Positions 49,487 through 63,921 of a stretch of 64,000 nucleotides of DNA are shown one piece after another. The first letter of the stretch is position 1; the number at the start of each line of letters is the position of its first letter. The notes below the pieces were generated by a model. That model did not search any database, was not told where the DNA came from, and was given only the letters and a program-made list of their open reading frames with translations. Made by a program: the position numbers and the translations under genes. Source of the DNA: Enoplolaimus lenunculus (Eukaryota); the NCBI GenBank assembly GCA_030248215.1, contig JASANG010002792.1, forward strand, positions 1 through 64,000, read 5' to 3'.

Positions 49487-50409
49487 CGCAACAGGGTAAC
49501 AAACGTGCCAAAAAGTTTTTAAACGGTAATTTAAATGCTAAAAGATATTCTGGTTCTGGTTACATATATCTAGTCGAAACACGAACAGGTAGGTACAGAA
49601 ATTGAATTTCTTTGCAGGAACCGGAAAGGTCACAGGAACAAGAATTTGAAATAACTTTCATACCCGAATTTCTGTTGGACTTTTTCGAAAACTTTTAAAA
49701 ATGGCTTAAACGGATTTTAAGATATTTCATCATCAATTTCTGAGAAAACAGATCAGAGAGAGAGCTTATTAACACACCCGAACTAATTGCAAAAACACTT
49801 ATTTTGAAATAACAATCTTTTAATGACAAAGTTTCCAACTATTTTAAATGATTATAAATAATTGTGCCACCAAATTGTAAAAAATTTCCGTTCCTACATC
49901 TTTGAATGAAGGAACAGGAACAGGAATTAAACGTTTGCTGGAATTCTGCCCTGAACAGGAATTCCGGTTGAACCCTGGATGTAAGTCAATATTAAGCACA
50001 TAGTTTTCATCAACGAAATGCTCTTGGACTTTTTTAAAACTCGCCAAAAATGACTTAAGCGAATTTTCAGCTATTTCATCATTTTCATCATACTGCTTTG
50101 CGAAAAGAGGTTAGATTTGTAATCTAACAGTTTGTTAATAAAACGCCACAAAAGCAAAAATTCCAGTTCTATTTGAATGCAGGAACAGGAATTGAAAATT
50201 TACGGAGGAACTCTGTTTATTAGTAAACACGCTTATTGAGGTTAAAATACAATCTGCAAGTTTAGCAACAAGAAAAGCAAGGCCGTGGCTGGGCGTTCGA
50301 GCCCCTTTACCAAAACAGAAATATGCCCCTGAAAAAGTTCTATTTTCGCACGGCGTCGTTCTGCATGACCCCGAAACTGGTCAAGAAATTGTCCGCATAA
50401 GCATAAGGT

Positions 50410-50600
50410 ATATATGCTTGTCCTGTAAATACATATGCCATGTACTACATTGCATTGTTGTGTGCTTGCTGGCAGCATACGTGTCGACAGATATAGCCGC
50501 CTACATTAATAGTTTCATAGGCGGCCTGTGTGGCGTAGTGGTAGAAGCGTTCTCTCAACGATCCGCAGGCTTGACGTTCGAATTGCCACGCTGTGGACAC
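50410..50600 (+). repeat. tRNA-derived SINE-like repeat; related copies at ~50680-50895, ~51170-51360 and inverted at ~42780-43010
   Basis: Shared leader tgtgcttgctggcagcatacgtgtcgac, then tggcgtagtggtaga (A box) and gttcgaat (B box). Confidence 0.6.
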
Positions 50601-51664
50601 GGTATCCAGTCGAAAATAGGATGGACAGTCAAGGAACGACCTTGTCAAAAATTGGGACTTAGAAACATGGAATGAGGTATATTGCTTGTCCTGTATGTTG
50701 CGTACAATAACCAAAACTACGTGACATTGCATTATTGTGTGCTAGCCGGCAGCATACATTTCGACAAATATAGCGACTACAATAGCAGTTTAAGTGGCGG
50801 GCGACGTGGATAGTGGTAGAGTGTTCGCTTAAGGATCCACAGGATTGAAATTCAATCACCGCTCCGTAGGCCTGCTTCTCCAACTGCTTGGTAAAATAGT
50901 CTGTCTCGGTTGACAGGGAAGGATGGGCGTTCATATACTATTTATTAAAACGCGGATCCGAAAATGCCGCTTTGTTTTTAACACATGTTGGAAAACAATT
51001 TCAATCAAACTGTGGTAATAGCAACAAAACAACAATTTCATCTCCACCTGAAACTGGATCAAAGAACTGGGCGAGTTCATAAATTTTGCCGTGGTTCAGA
51101 TTTCCGATTTCCAACTTTGAAGCTCGTCGAACTCGCTACGATTGATTGCAGACTATTCTAATAATAGGCATGTAGGACATGCTTGACGTGGTATATATGT
51201 AATATATGCAATGCACATTGTGTTGTATTCTAGTCGGTAGCATACGTGTCGACAAATATAGTCGACTATAAAAGCTGTTGAAAAGGAGCACTTTGTAGCA
51301 CACTGGTAGAAGCTTGAGAGTTTTATACTCGCTCCGCAGCCCTGCGTTTTCAACTGCTTATTTAAAATATCAAAAGTTCCGGTTCCTAGCTAGACTGACA
51401 ATTAGTTCGTTAATACACGAATAAGGATGCGCTAATTTTGTTCTGAAGCGAAATTAACCAACATTCTGCAATTGTGTAAAATAAATATATACGTACGTAT
51501 ATACTAGAGATATCCCTTTGTGTTGTTCCGTATTTTGTTACTTAATTAGCATTCATTTAGTATTAGTTTCATAATGTTAGAAATTCTTCATAAAATTCCA
51601 ACTGGCTTAATAATTAATAGCAAGTTCGACCGGCTTCAATGTCTTAAATCGGAGATCACACTTG

Positions 51665-52027
51665 CAGCGATGGGCGGTCTCGGTCAAAAAAAGCGAGACC
51701 GAGAAATTTTAAACGACGCCTTAAATGTTTTAAACGCGAAAATGTAACTACATGCGCATTGTCACAATAAAATCAGTGTTATGGGTTTCCTTTCAAAAAT
51801 AGAATTTTGGGTAACCAGAGGGGTCATTCTGCTTCTCAGATCGCTGTATAACCAGGTAGCAGTGCTCCACAATCGTTCGCTGCCTGTGTTGGTAGGCGAA
51901 ATGCGCAAGTATTTCCGTGCCAAAGCTGCGATACCAGGAAAATTCTTGTGCTTGCTTATCGGTTTTTCACCTCGTTTGAGACGAGCCAAATCCCGAGACT
52001 TGCCGAGACCGAGACCACCCATCCCTG
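51665..52027 (-). mobile_element. Internally deleted hAT transposon retaining a piece of the C-terminal dimerisation domain
   Basis: Peptide FPGIAALARKYLRISPTNTGSERLWSTA..SDLRSRM; TIRs cagcgatgggcggtctcggtc / gaccgagaccacccatccctg. Confidence 0.85.
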
Positions 52028-53610
52028 AAAACCAGCAATAGATGAACTCGCCTAGTCCAGTAGTCCCTATAACCCTACCCCTTATTATTTGAGTAGTTTA
52101 CTTACGGTACCATGGACGGTACCAGAGAAATAATGTTCCGTGGCACAATTTAGCCAGAATCCGGACGCAACACAGTAGTTTATTACATTACCATAGGTAT
52201 AATGTCGCGTGACGTGATATGGAAAATAACAAATGCATTAACACTAACTTCACAACATGGCAGTTGTGATTTGTTTGGTAGGCTAGGGTACGTAGGTCGG
52301 TTTTAGTTCTGAGTGCTCAGAAGCTGGAAATGAGGAAACGTTCCCAAAAAATTTTGAACTCGGTCGACAAATTACAGTCCAGCGTGCTAGAAACTGAGCC
52401 ACACCGTCTCACAATCAACTGCTGAGTTTTTTCCTTCTTATGCTTTATAAGAACCTCCTGCATATGCATCAGTGATTTACCGATGTACAGCATCAGCATG
52501 AGGTTATTACTTGTCTCCATGCATCCACATGTCACAGGAGCATCAATAAAATGTCGCGTAACGCGATCTGATAAAAATGGTACTGTAATCAGGCACAGCT
52601 TACGCAAATGGTACATAAAATTTGAAGTTTATTGTATTTTGGTGGCCCAGGCCCCGGGACATCTCTATTAATTCAAGTATACACTGTTTGATATACACGA
52701 TAAAAAGAAACCCAGTTCCTTAGCTGTGACATTTATCCCCGAAATCAATGAAGTTGAAATAATTCTATGTCGACCCCCGGTTTGTCATCGACCAAGAATC
52801 GAGCAGCGGAAAGAATCGATCAAAGCAGAGGCCCAAACATCTCAAACATTTGAGATTAACAATGAAAATGACAAAGCAACGTAACCTTGTTTGGAGCAAA
52901 AATGTGCCATCTTGGTACCCTGCCTCCATCTAACCGGGAGTTGAGGGCAGGGCGATGCTCACGGCCCTGAAAAACCTGTTCTAAAGTTGACCATCAAAAG
53001 CTATCACACCAGGAACTAGCTAAGGATCCCAAAATACATCCAAATTTTGACAATAAGCCGAATCGAAAACATAAGTCTTTGGAGCAACTCAAAAGAACGC
53101 TTATAGATCCGTTGAAAGTGTAAAACATGGAATCGTAATAATTGCATTAGAATAATTAATTTTTGTGTTAAATCACTACGCAGTCATAACTTAAATAAAA
53201 GGAAGCCCTTCAATGTTATTCCTTTCAAATTATAAAACCTGAGTTGCAGAGATACAACTTGAAATAATCTAACAAGTATTGCGAAAGCTAAGCTATAAAT
53301 CATTTCCAACGTTGTTTGAAAATTGTCCTTATTATCGCATTTTTCCCAAAATTATTTAACGAATCACAGTCAATACTCTTTTCAAAAAGTTCTGTGATTA
53401 ACTGACTAGCTAGTGTATAACAGAATTTTAGCTATTATCTAGTAGGTACGGTCGTTCAAATTTAGATTGCAAAGACTGCTCGAAGCTATACGTTCCGTCT
53501 TCTCAAAATAGCCATTTATTGCTAGACAGACGTGTTTGTTCAAAATAAAACGCAGCTGCTACTGCTTTTTCAACTGCTTAGAATAAGATCCGATATCCCA
53601 ATAGTCAAAG

Positions 53611-54330
53611 TCAAAATTTATTCACCAAATACATAGTTATTAGTGTAAATGCGCGTTCAAATTCAGTCATGGATCTTCGTATAAATACCCCTTTCCATTT
53701 TGAAATTCCAGCAAGTTTTTTACTTTCACGCAATACCGACTTGAGACACGATGAGCTAATAAATTCGACCTTAATCAAGCGGGGTTTCGACGTAGACAAT
53801 GGTACAGTGGGTTTGCGGACGTAACCCAAACGATAAACACTCAAAACTGACACTGAAGTATCTAATGACTGACAAAGCTCCACAGTTTGTTTCATATCAT
53901 CACCTGTTTCTGGCAATCCACTTATCACTGCTCTTCTTCGTCTGACCTCTTCCTCAGACAAATGCTTCATATCAGAAATGGTAACCACGCGACCACCTGT
54001 ACCAGAATTTTTTACAGTTACCTGAGAATAAAGAGGCGATTTGCTTGCATTCACATCGGTGACTTCAGGATTTACAGAAAGAACATGCGATAGAGTATCA
54101 ATCCGCTTGTTTACCTTATCATCCAGATCTGAAAGCCGGTTATTTGTTGCAGCGCGTCAGGCATTGTAGACCCGAGTGGTAAAGCAGCTGATGTATTGTT
54201 TTTGTACTCACTAAACGAAACCAAACACAAATTGCACAGTACAATCACATGATCATTGTCCAGAGTTTTTGAAGCCCCAGACAACCCAATGCACTTAAAA
54301 TAAAGCTAATTTCCACAAAGCCCACATTCA
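53611..54330 (-). mobile_element. Decayed ORF1 of a CR1/L2-type non-LTR retrotransposon
   Basis: RRRRAVISGLPE..D..VYRLG..KPRLIKVEF..VLRESKKL...KGVFIRRSMTEFER is a typical ORF1 RRM-like signature; a broken Cys-rich (PHD-like) relic lies upstream. Confidence 0.75.
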
Positions 54331-54910
54331 ATGGAGACTGACGTGGAGTTACTCCGTGGATACAAAAGTAACTCGACTGGAACACCCTTTTCATTATTTT
54401 GTCCAAAATTCAGGACCACTCCTGAAATCGAACCTCAGACCTCTTGCACTGGAGTCAAGCAAGCTACCACACCACTACATAATGTGGTCATACATAGCAA
54501 CAACTTGTTATTTTGGTATATGTGTGCAATATGGTAATATTTGCTTTATATACAGTTACGTGTGGATATACAGATACTTCTAACTCCACAAATTAGATGA
54601 TAAATTATGCCAGTTGATTCTGGTTTTGGGAAAAATTCGGTATCCGGTATTGCCTGAAAAATGACCCTCCCCCAAAAAAATGACTCCCGGGCATATTTTC
54701 TCGGGGTTCCGATTTTCACAGTGCTGTCGTGTGAAAAAGTGACCCCCATTCAAAGAGACGCTCAGCCATTTTTACACAGCCAATATAAGAATGAAATATT
54801 AACACCATGAAAAAATTACTCCGTTTCAATCGAGCCAAAGCTTGCAGCAGGAATGACTATAAGCGGCTAGCTTAAACAAATGTGCTAAATATAAGTCTTC
54901 TCCTTGGTAG

Positions 54911-56760
54911 ATGCCCCCATTGAGATGTTGTCATTTAATAACGGTCAGATGTAGAATAGTTAAAGGTAGTCCGCAAGGGGGAGTATTGTCACCCCTACTA
55001 TGGACAATGGTGGTAGACGACCTCCTACAAAAGTTTAATAATGCTTTGGTGTATGTGCAAGCATATTCAGATGATGTAGTTATAACAAGTAGTAGTGGAA
55101 ATGAGACAATAGCAGCAAGAAGAGTTCAAGCAACGTTAGATAAGATTTATCAGTGGTGTTCAAAAAGAGGGTTAACTATAAATCCCAATAAATGCAATGC
55201 TATTATGTTCTCTAGGAAAAGGAATTTAGATACAACTTTTAAATTCCGATTAGCAAATACGGATATAGTGATTGGAAGATCTGTAAAGTATCTAGGAGTT
55301 GTAATTGATCAAAAACTCTTATGGAAAGACCTGTTAGATTATGTTATTAATAAAAGTAATAAAGCGCTTATATATAGAACAGTAGTTTTACCAGTAGTCT
55401 GTGACGGAGCACTGGTATGGTGGCACAGACTGAAATGGAAAACCTACGCAAAGAAAGCTAGTAAGATATCTAGAATGGCCTGTTTGATGATAACAGGATC
55501 TGTTAGGTCGACTCCGACTATAAGTATAGAAACGATTTTAAATCTGCTTCCAATAGATCTTGAGATAATGAAAGAAGGGATTGCAGAACTAAACAGAATT
55601 TATAAGTTATCAGAGGGCGATAACGTCTTTAGTATTAAAGGACATCGAGATTACACGGCTGAGATCAATCAACTTGATGTGCTCAGTTTTCCTTCAGATA
55701 ACATGTCAGGTGAAATAATAGATGAACCGACATGGAATGTGTTGTTTCCATCTAGAGCTTTTTGGAATAATTTTATAAGAGATTTTCAAAGGAATGACGA
55801 TATAGTATGCTACACCGATGCCTCTGTCGTTCAAGGTGCAGCAAGGAAATTAGCAGGTGCTGGAATTTTCTCAGAGCACTTCATGGTTAGCCGATCACTA
55901 GGTGAGTATGTTTCAGTTTTCCAGACAGAAATCCTTGCGATCAAAATATGCGCTGAAGAGTTAACAGGAAGGAATACTGCTGAAAAAAGAATACTCATTA
56001 TTTCAGACAGTCAGGTAGCACTGAAAGCTTTACATAGTATCAAAATTAGATCTAAAATAGTTAACGAGTGTAGAATAGCAATTAAAGAACTCTCACAATT
56101 AAATGAAGTTTTACTAGTGTGGGTACCGGGTCACTCAAATGTAATCGGTAATGACTTAGCGGATGAATTAGCAAGGCGTGGATCAGGTAGACGATTTATA
56201 GGAACAGAACCTGTACTGCCTATATGTAAGCGGGAGGTTCGCTTAAGAATTACATCGTGGATGCACAGAAAATTTATATATAGATGGATAAATCAGAAAA
56301 TCTGTAGATTTACAAGATCAATAATTCAAGAACCAAACATAAGAAAAAGTAGATTTTTATTAAAGCTTAATAAAGACAAACTTAGACAATGTATTCAGAT
56401 TTTATCAGGACATTGTTGGTTAAGTTATCACTTATTTAGAATGAGAGTAGCTCAAGATAAAAATTGTTCAGAATGCAATGTAAGTGAGACCGATGAGCAC
56501 TTTTTATGCGTATGCAAGCGGTGGGAAGACAAACGCGAGCAATTTCTTGGTAGGAAGACATTAGCTGTTAGAGAAATTAGATCTCTTGATATAAGGAAAA
56601 TTTATAGGTTTATTGTTGAAACAGAACGTCTAAAGGTTAATGTAGAGTGACATACAGAGTACATAAGGTCGTAGGATGTCGCAATGGACAATGTTTTTAA
56701 TTTGTCTACGCGAACGCCACAGTGGCGTCATATCCTCTTTCTACTTTATCTATCTATCTA
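54911..56760 (+). mobile_element. 5'-truncated non-LTR retrotransposon with RT, RNase H and CCHC (I-group, Loa/R1-like); ORF 54911-56650
   Basis: GSPQGGVLSPLLW, AYSDD, KYLGV; RNase H YTDAS..SVFQTE..SDSQ..WVPGH..GNDLADELAR; CSECNVSETDEHFLCVC; the 3' tail ends in (TATC)n at ~56747-56760. Confidence 0.92.
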
Positions 56761-58993
56761 ATATACTTGCAGATGCCTAATGTTTTTACTATGAAATTGA
56801 GCAAAATCAACAGTTATTATAGTTGTTTTTGCTTGTTACGCTTTAAGTCTACGTTTCTGGCCATGTGATTTAGTAATACTAAGTTAAATTTGGTATCGAC
56901 GTCCGCATCGATATATGTACGTTTGGCATAGCAAAATTTGAACATAAGAATCAGTATCGGCATTAACAAAACTTTGGAGTCGGCACATCACTATTTTCTA
57001 GTTGAGTTGTATATAGACATTGTACACTAACATAGCTCACATATTTCCGAGAAAAATCCGAAAAATTCTTGATTTTTCATTGCAAAAGTACCTGAAGTTG
57101 GATTTGGGGGGCGGGCAATCCTAGGTACATGAAATATGTAACAGTTTCAGTCGCGAACATTAAATGTCTTAAACTGATGTGGTTCTGGCAAAGCATTTCG
57201 TATTTGTAATCACACACGTCAGGCATAAACTGCACAAGTAAAGCGCCATCTGTAACAGTTCAGCGATGTGTGTCCTCAAACCAAAATCCTGGCCACGCCA
57301 TTGTATGTGTTTGTTTTGGATTTTCAAGTAATTTTTTTCTTGAACGTAAATTAGATTCATTGTCTGTGCCTCAAATTATGAGCTATAAGAGTGGCTTGCT
57401 TAGTTTTGTTAGCTCAACTAATTTTTTACTGTGCTTAAGAATATTCGAAAGTGGGAAGTAATTTATTTTTACAGAGGATAATTTTAGTAGTTCTGTATAA
57501 AACTAACCGGAGGTCTCTTTTTAACGGGGGTCATTTTTTCTTGCCACGCTGTGTAAAAATGACCGTGGGTCTCTTTTTAATGTGGGTCATTTTTTCAGAC
57601 GACAGTGCTGCGAAAATCGGACCCCCGTGAAAATATGCCGGGGTCATTTTTTTGGTCGGGGGTCATTTTTTTCATGCGATACCGGCTTGATTCTCGTAGC
57701 CGCTAAATTAATATCTGGTAGCACCCCGTAAACTCATATACGTACGTCTGGAATATAATTGACAATACTTATCTCATTCAGTGACATCAAGTTCCACCGA
57801 ATCAAGTTCTAGAAAATTGAATCTATTGATATATCATAAGTAACTAAGTTTTGATTTGTTAGATAATCTACGAGTAAAGTATTTTTGTACTTTTTAAAGC
57901 TTATATATCAATGTTATTTAGTTGGTATGAAGACCAGACAAACGAGTAGTGCGCAAGAACCAGGGTGCAGCAGGAATTACAATTTACCGAAACCAGCACC
58001 GATAAATGACAAATACATGCCACCGAAAGATTCATTTTAGTTTTAGTTTTCATTTTTGAATGTTATTGGTTAAATAACCCTTAGTGTAAGATTGATATTG
58101 ACTTTATGTTCTTTATTTAAGATTTTCATAATCCACGGAAGCGCAATCTACATTCGATGTTCTATTTTTGGCGATTGTCAAGGTTTATATATACTATACG
58201 AATGAAATCTACATAATTTTATCGTCATTTGTTAGTAAAATTTTTTAATTTCCACCGACCACATTTTAATACCGTAATTTTTAATTACGGTAAAAAATTT
58301 TATTTATCATTTGACCTAAAGCATACGAAAATCAGATTTATCATTCACTAAGCCGTCGCCGTTGATAAACTACAGTTTAAAGCCAATTTTAAATCAAGTG
58401 ATTGTGATACCTAAATCGTTGAAGAATAGATAAATAAGAAATCACTTGATCACCAATTATATGTGAGAAGAAGCATGCATTTCGATCCTTGAATATAATC
58501 ACAACTAACTTTATTAGGAAAACTAAATTAGTCTGATTATGTTTATTTACATTTTGTCGCAGTCGTATTTTTAAGTATCGGGTTTCGTCTTCTTTTGGTG
58601 TCCAGTTGCACCTTGATGATTATTCATAAGCGAGAAATAATGTAAAATAAAGTTAACTTCGGTTTAGTTGATTTTATTAGTTAACCAGTGATTCTGGGAA
58701 AGACCTTTAGTGTCGGAAGCTCGTGTCGAGCGCCCTGTAGTAATTGAGCAGTGCTTGTGGCAGATGAATGTTCGTTACCTCGAAGTACTAGCCTATGCTT
58801 TAGAACGTGACCAGCATATGTTGAATTTTACGCAAGTTGTCTGTCTTAAATGCTTATAGATTGCTATTTACAGCCTATTAAACTATGAAACTACGATAGT
58901 TTTTAATTTTCTTTTGCTAATACTACGTACCTTAGTACTTACTATACAGCATTAATTCTATTCGTAATAAAGAAATATTTGAAATTTAATAAT

Positions 58994-61900
58994 ATGTCTG
59001 ATGATACATGGCGAGACTTACAAGCTTACCGTTCGAAACAATCAAGTATTCGAGATAAACTGGAAAAAAGGAAAAGGGGTGTTGCTGATTTATTAAAAGC
59101 AAGTGGTAAGTTGTTTATCGTGTCTTCATATCTGCGCAAATCATTGTCTCTAATTTCGGGAGAAACTTTTCCTTAAACCACAGAAACTGCCAAATTTTAT
59201 TGACATGAACAGTTAAAAACATAACTAAAAATGAAACAATAGAAAAATTATTTAGATCATTGAATTCGGATAATTAACGCGTTAAGGTACAAATAAATGG
59301 ACATCAGTGTCAACCGGATACCAAATAATACCAACGCAGGATATTAGTGTCTTCCATTCCAACAAAAAGTTAAACTTAATCACGCTAATTATAGTCGTAT
59401 TTGCTGCAATACGTATGTTATAGTTAGGGATGTACCGATTAATCGGTGTCGGCATCGGTAATAGTAGGCACGTTTCGTGAATATCGGCATCGGCACTGCA
59501 AAAAAATTGCCGATTCTCTGCCGGTACTGTCAGTTGGAATGCTATCAGTTTCATTTATGGGCGCATATCTGTGTGTCTGGTCTGGAAAACTGTTATGTTT
59601 TTTGCGTTTGTGTTTGAAAAAATTAATTAAAATGAACCGTTCTTATAAAATTTTAATCGTTCATGGTGTTTAGGGTTTAATTCTTCTTATAATGATGCAA
59701 TGTAGTATCCTATCTGTTATTTTAGCATTGTGTACTAAAGTTGGAATGAACATCGGTTCGACATCGGCAAAATTTCAAAATAAGCATCGGCATCGGCAAA
59801 AATTTTGGTATTGGAATACTCCAAGTTATAATTTCAGTTCTAGAAGAGTCTTAGTGTATATGGTAACTGGGCTTCCTCTTCCTGACGTACTTATTTTTGC
59901 AACTTCGACCAAAGTTCACACCATTGGCTATAAAATTGCGTTTGGTTATAATTCAACAGCAGATGTCGATTTTGCCGGAGCCAGACCCAAATATCCGGTT
60001 GTACCTTGATGGCTGTATATTTGAAATTGATATTCTTGATCTTCCGCTTGGTAAAGCGAACGGATTGGACGCAATATAAAACAGTACTCTAAGCCTAGGA
60101 TAAAAACTTGGCTATACATAGTTATAGACGCTCGTTACTTCGCTTCAAAAAATAAAAAGGCCTGCGTTATGTAACTGCGAAGTTCATGTGTTCAAACGCT
60201 GTTGCGCAATTTTGCACTGTTTTAGGCATTGACTCTCCGCTGAAGCAATCAAAATCGGAAACCCAGAACGCGTTGACAGAAAGTCAAACTTTGGTGGAAA
60301 CTCCGAAAATTATCGTTACAGAAGAATTAGAGGTACTTAAATTAATTAAATCAACCGTATGTAAAATATACATAATAGCTCCTCTAATGTGTCATCCTCA
60401 AATATTTTTCCGTCAACACCTGTGGTCTTAACCTTGATTATTACGGTTTGAAAACGGAATTGGACATGGCAGTCAGAGAGGGGCGCGTCTTCACACCGTG
60501 AAATGCTTTGTAGACACTTGAATTTTTACCGGGGGAAATTAAGTTATACTTCAAACAACAGGTTCTAAAATAAAAAAGAAATTTCTTAAACGCACATCTC
60601 TCTCAAAATGAAATCTCGGGCCACTTGTGGTAATTGGATCTCTATAACAAGCATTATTAGTCATTCTCATATGAAGACATGATTTTTAATTAGCCACTTT
60701 CATCAATGCAAATCCAAAATGTATGTTGTGCTAAACTGCTCAAAATATTGGCAAAGTTATTGCGTTTATCGGGTACGTACATTAAGATTTTTGAATGACG
60801 TAGATTAAAATACAGAAAATGTGAAGTATGCAGTAATCTCGGTAAGTGGTCTCAAAGCAGCCGAATTGGGATAGGTTCTTATTTCTTTGTCTAATTTCTA
60901 TATATTTTTAGTCTGCTTTGTTGACTTACCTTGGTGATATGACCGTAGAGTATCCGCTTGAAGCTTGGAAATTGCCAATTCGACTGAGCAAAATACGGTT
61001 TGTTGACTCGATAGCAGATGAAGCGTTAGTACAACTTTTGGATAAGCTTGCGTTGCAGAATTTAATTTCGTAAGTTTTAATGAAACGGTTTTTTTCAAAT
61101 TAGTCATTGCGTTTGCAATACGTAGAGCATTCAATATATGTCTTAAAATTTAGTTTTTCTAAAATCTGAGTAAAATTGTTATGTTTTATGTTGGATGATA
61201 CCGAACTTGCGTTACCTAACCTTTTTGGTATTTGTGTTTTTAAGCTATTGCCAGGGTGTTTTAATATGTTATTTATAATTAGTTAATTTCCTTTCCAGCC
61301 TTACAGACGAAGACAACAGTATTGTTGCATCTCCACTGCAATCGCAGAAAAAACTACGTTCGTTAACAGTAAAATGTGTTCAAGCTGAAAAAATTGCCGA
61401 TTTGCATAGTAGTCTATTTTCAAACGCCACTTTTCCTTGGATTGCGGGAACAGCTGGATCTGAAGAGAAAAGCACCGGAGTTGTTGGATCCTGTGCCTCT
61501 AGCAATGATACTAGTGGGATTGCTGGTTTGAATAATGATAATGCAAAGGGTAGCAAACCAGAAATTGTGGTCGAAAGTGGTAAGAATGTAAAAGACGGGT
61601 CAGAAACTGGTAAATCGGTGGATATTGTGAAAGGAGCTGATGACCAAACAGTAGATCTGGTCGAAAATCAACAGTCAAGCGTCAATAACGACGGCAGTAA
61701 CTTAGAAAGCTTACTGGGGCTACTTTCAGCAAAAGAGAAACAAAATCGAAAAATTGGCGGCGAAATACTAGAGCTGTTAAGTCGACCCACGGCTAAAGAA
61801 CGATCGTTGGTTGAAAAATTTAGATCTGCAGACGGGTATCAGGTACGTGAATTTTGTCAGCATGGAACCAAAGAAGAATGTGCTAGAGTACGTATTCGGC

Positions 61901-63921
61901 AGCAGTCTGGAGCAAATATTAACTATGAAGACAAGTCTTGGAGCGCTAGTAGCGGATTAAACCAAAGCAACGACGCTGGAATTAATGGCGGCAAAGATGA
62001 TTTATCGTGGTTACGCGGCAAATGGTGCCACCGGCTGCATTTTAGGAAAATTATTCAAAAACACACTGACATTTCTCTGGGCGATTGTTCGTTTTTGAAT
62101 ACGTGTTTTCATATGAACAGTTGTAAGTATATTCATTACGAAGTTGACTATGGCAATGTCGATCCTAACGCGAAAAGTTCGTCTAAAGTTTCACAGGAAC
62201 TGGATCCGAGAACGACGTTGGCAAAAGATGCAACTATTGCTGATGATAGCGAAACGCCAGTGCGGTTGTACCCTCAACAGGTTAGCTTCTGAGCAAGTAT
62301 TTGAATTTCGCCCTGTATGATCCTAGAAGATTCCTAAAAGTTTAACCGGTGCAATCAGCTTTGGTTCCACATGTAATTTTCTATTTGAAGAGGGTATCGC
62401 GCAGAAATTAGGATACTCTTGAATCAAAAATTTAAAAACAGTTGTAAATAACGGTTGGTTATGAACTAAAAAATTGTTCTTGCGGATAATTCGAAATTGT
62501 ACAGAACCAATATTTTTCATCTAACGACTATCTTTAAATGAATAGACAAAAAATTACTTGATTTGGTAGATTACCTAATCAATTTATAATTAGTTTCTAC
62601 TTTCTAGTGGATCCAGTGTGATTTGCGTTGGTTTGATCTGACAATTTTGGGCAAATTCTCTGTGATTATGGCAGATCCGCCGTGGGACATTCATATGGAA
62701 TTGCCGTACGGAACAATGAGCGATGATGAAATGCGAAATTTAAAAATACAAGTTTTACAAGACGAAGGGCTCATATTTTTGTGGGTGACAGGAAGGTAAG
62801 TTTGAGGTATTAGCCGGCTCGAAGTTGTGTCGTAGTCTTGTTGTGAAATTGCGGTTTCTATCATTGTTTGCATATTGGGACTTTAAAAGAGATACGACAA
62901 CCTGAATTAACACAAGCTGAAATTAATTAGCTACCTCAGGACGTAAACTATTTGAAAATGAGACTGATATATGTAGACATAGTTCAAGACTACGGCACTT
63001 AAAACGTGAAACTAATTTGTGTGTTAACTTTAGCAGAATTACGTGTCACAGTAAAAGGCGTGCTAAAATATACAATACCTACATGTTTAAACGTGCAATA
63101 TTTTATAGGGCAATGGAACTTGGCCGTGAATGCCTTCAAACATGGGGATACGAACAATGTGATGAAATTTTATGGGTGAAAACCAATCAACTACAAAGGA
63201 TAATTAGGACCGGCCGAACTGGGCACTGGTTGAATCATGGAAAAGAACATTGTCTGGTAAGAAAAGCCAGTTAGTAGTTATATTTGCGGGATAGGCTGTG
63301 CAGCTGTTATCGTGAATAGATCCTGCGTTTCTAACTAGCATGTGAAAACTATGAATGGTGTTCGCAACACAAGCGTAATTTGATTTTGTTCACCTATACA
63401 TATACGTGATTCGGATACAAAATACGGTTACCAATTGAAACATTTTGAGACTTAGACTTAGGATTCCGTTTGTATAAGGCTTTTTGTTTTATGCTTTGAG
63501 TAAACAAGTTGATTATTCATAATATCGTAATTTTGCAAGTTTTAGGTTGGATACAAAGGTTCGTTGAATCGCTATAACCGCGGTTTGGACTGTGATGTTA
63601 TTGTGGCTGAGGTAAGGCAAATCTGGACGTTACTAATTTGCTATACTTTAATTGCAGTCGTTAAAACGTTAGAATTTAAGTCGCTATTCCTGTTTAGAAT
63701 ATGAAACTGACATATTTTAAATTTATGGCTTATTGTGTTGTGGCTACGTAAACATATGAGGTCTTTGTAGATAATCAAAATTGATAAGGTAATTGTTTGT
63801 ATTTTAAGGTACGCGAAACCAGCCATAAACCCGACGAAATTTATGGCCTAATTGAACGTCTTTCACCTGGCACTCGAAAGTTGGAACTTTTTGGTCGAAT
63901 GCATAACGCTCAAAAAAATTG
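58994..63921 (+). CDS. METTL3: mRNA m6A methyltransferase catalytic subunit METTL3 (MT-A70). Exons: 58994-59105, 60226-60332, 60912-61069, 61299-62280, 62608-62795, 63109-63256, 63546-63611, 63809-63921. It continues beyond the window.
   Basis: [13 protein letters not shown] leader; CCCH fingers ([47 protein letters not shown]); catalytic [75 protein letters not shown]. All exon phases are consistent. Confidence 0.98.

Noticed and set aside
50519..50595. Functional tRNA gene
   Set aside because: A/B boxes are present but the stems pair poorly, and the sequence is part of a diverged dispersed repeat.
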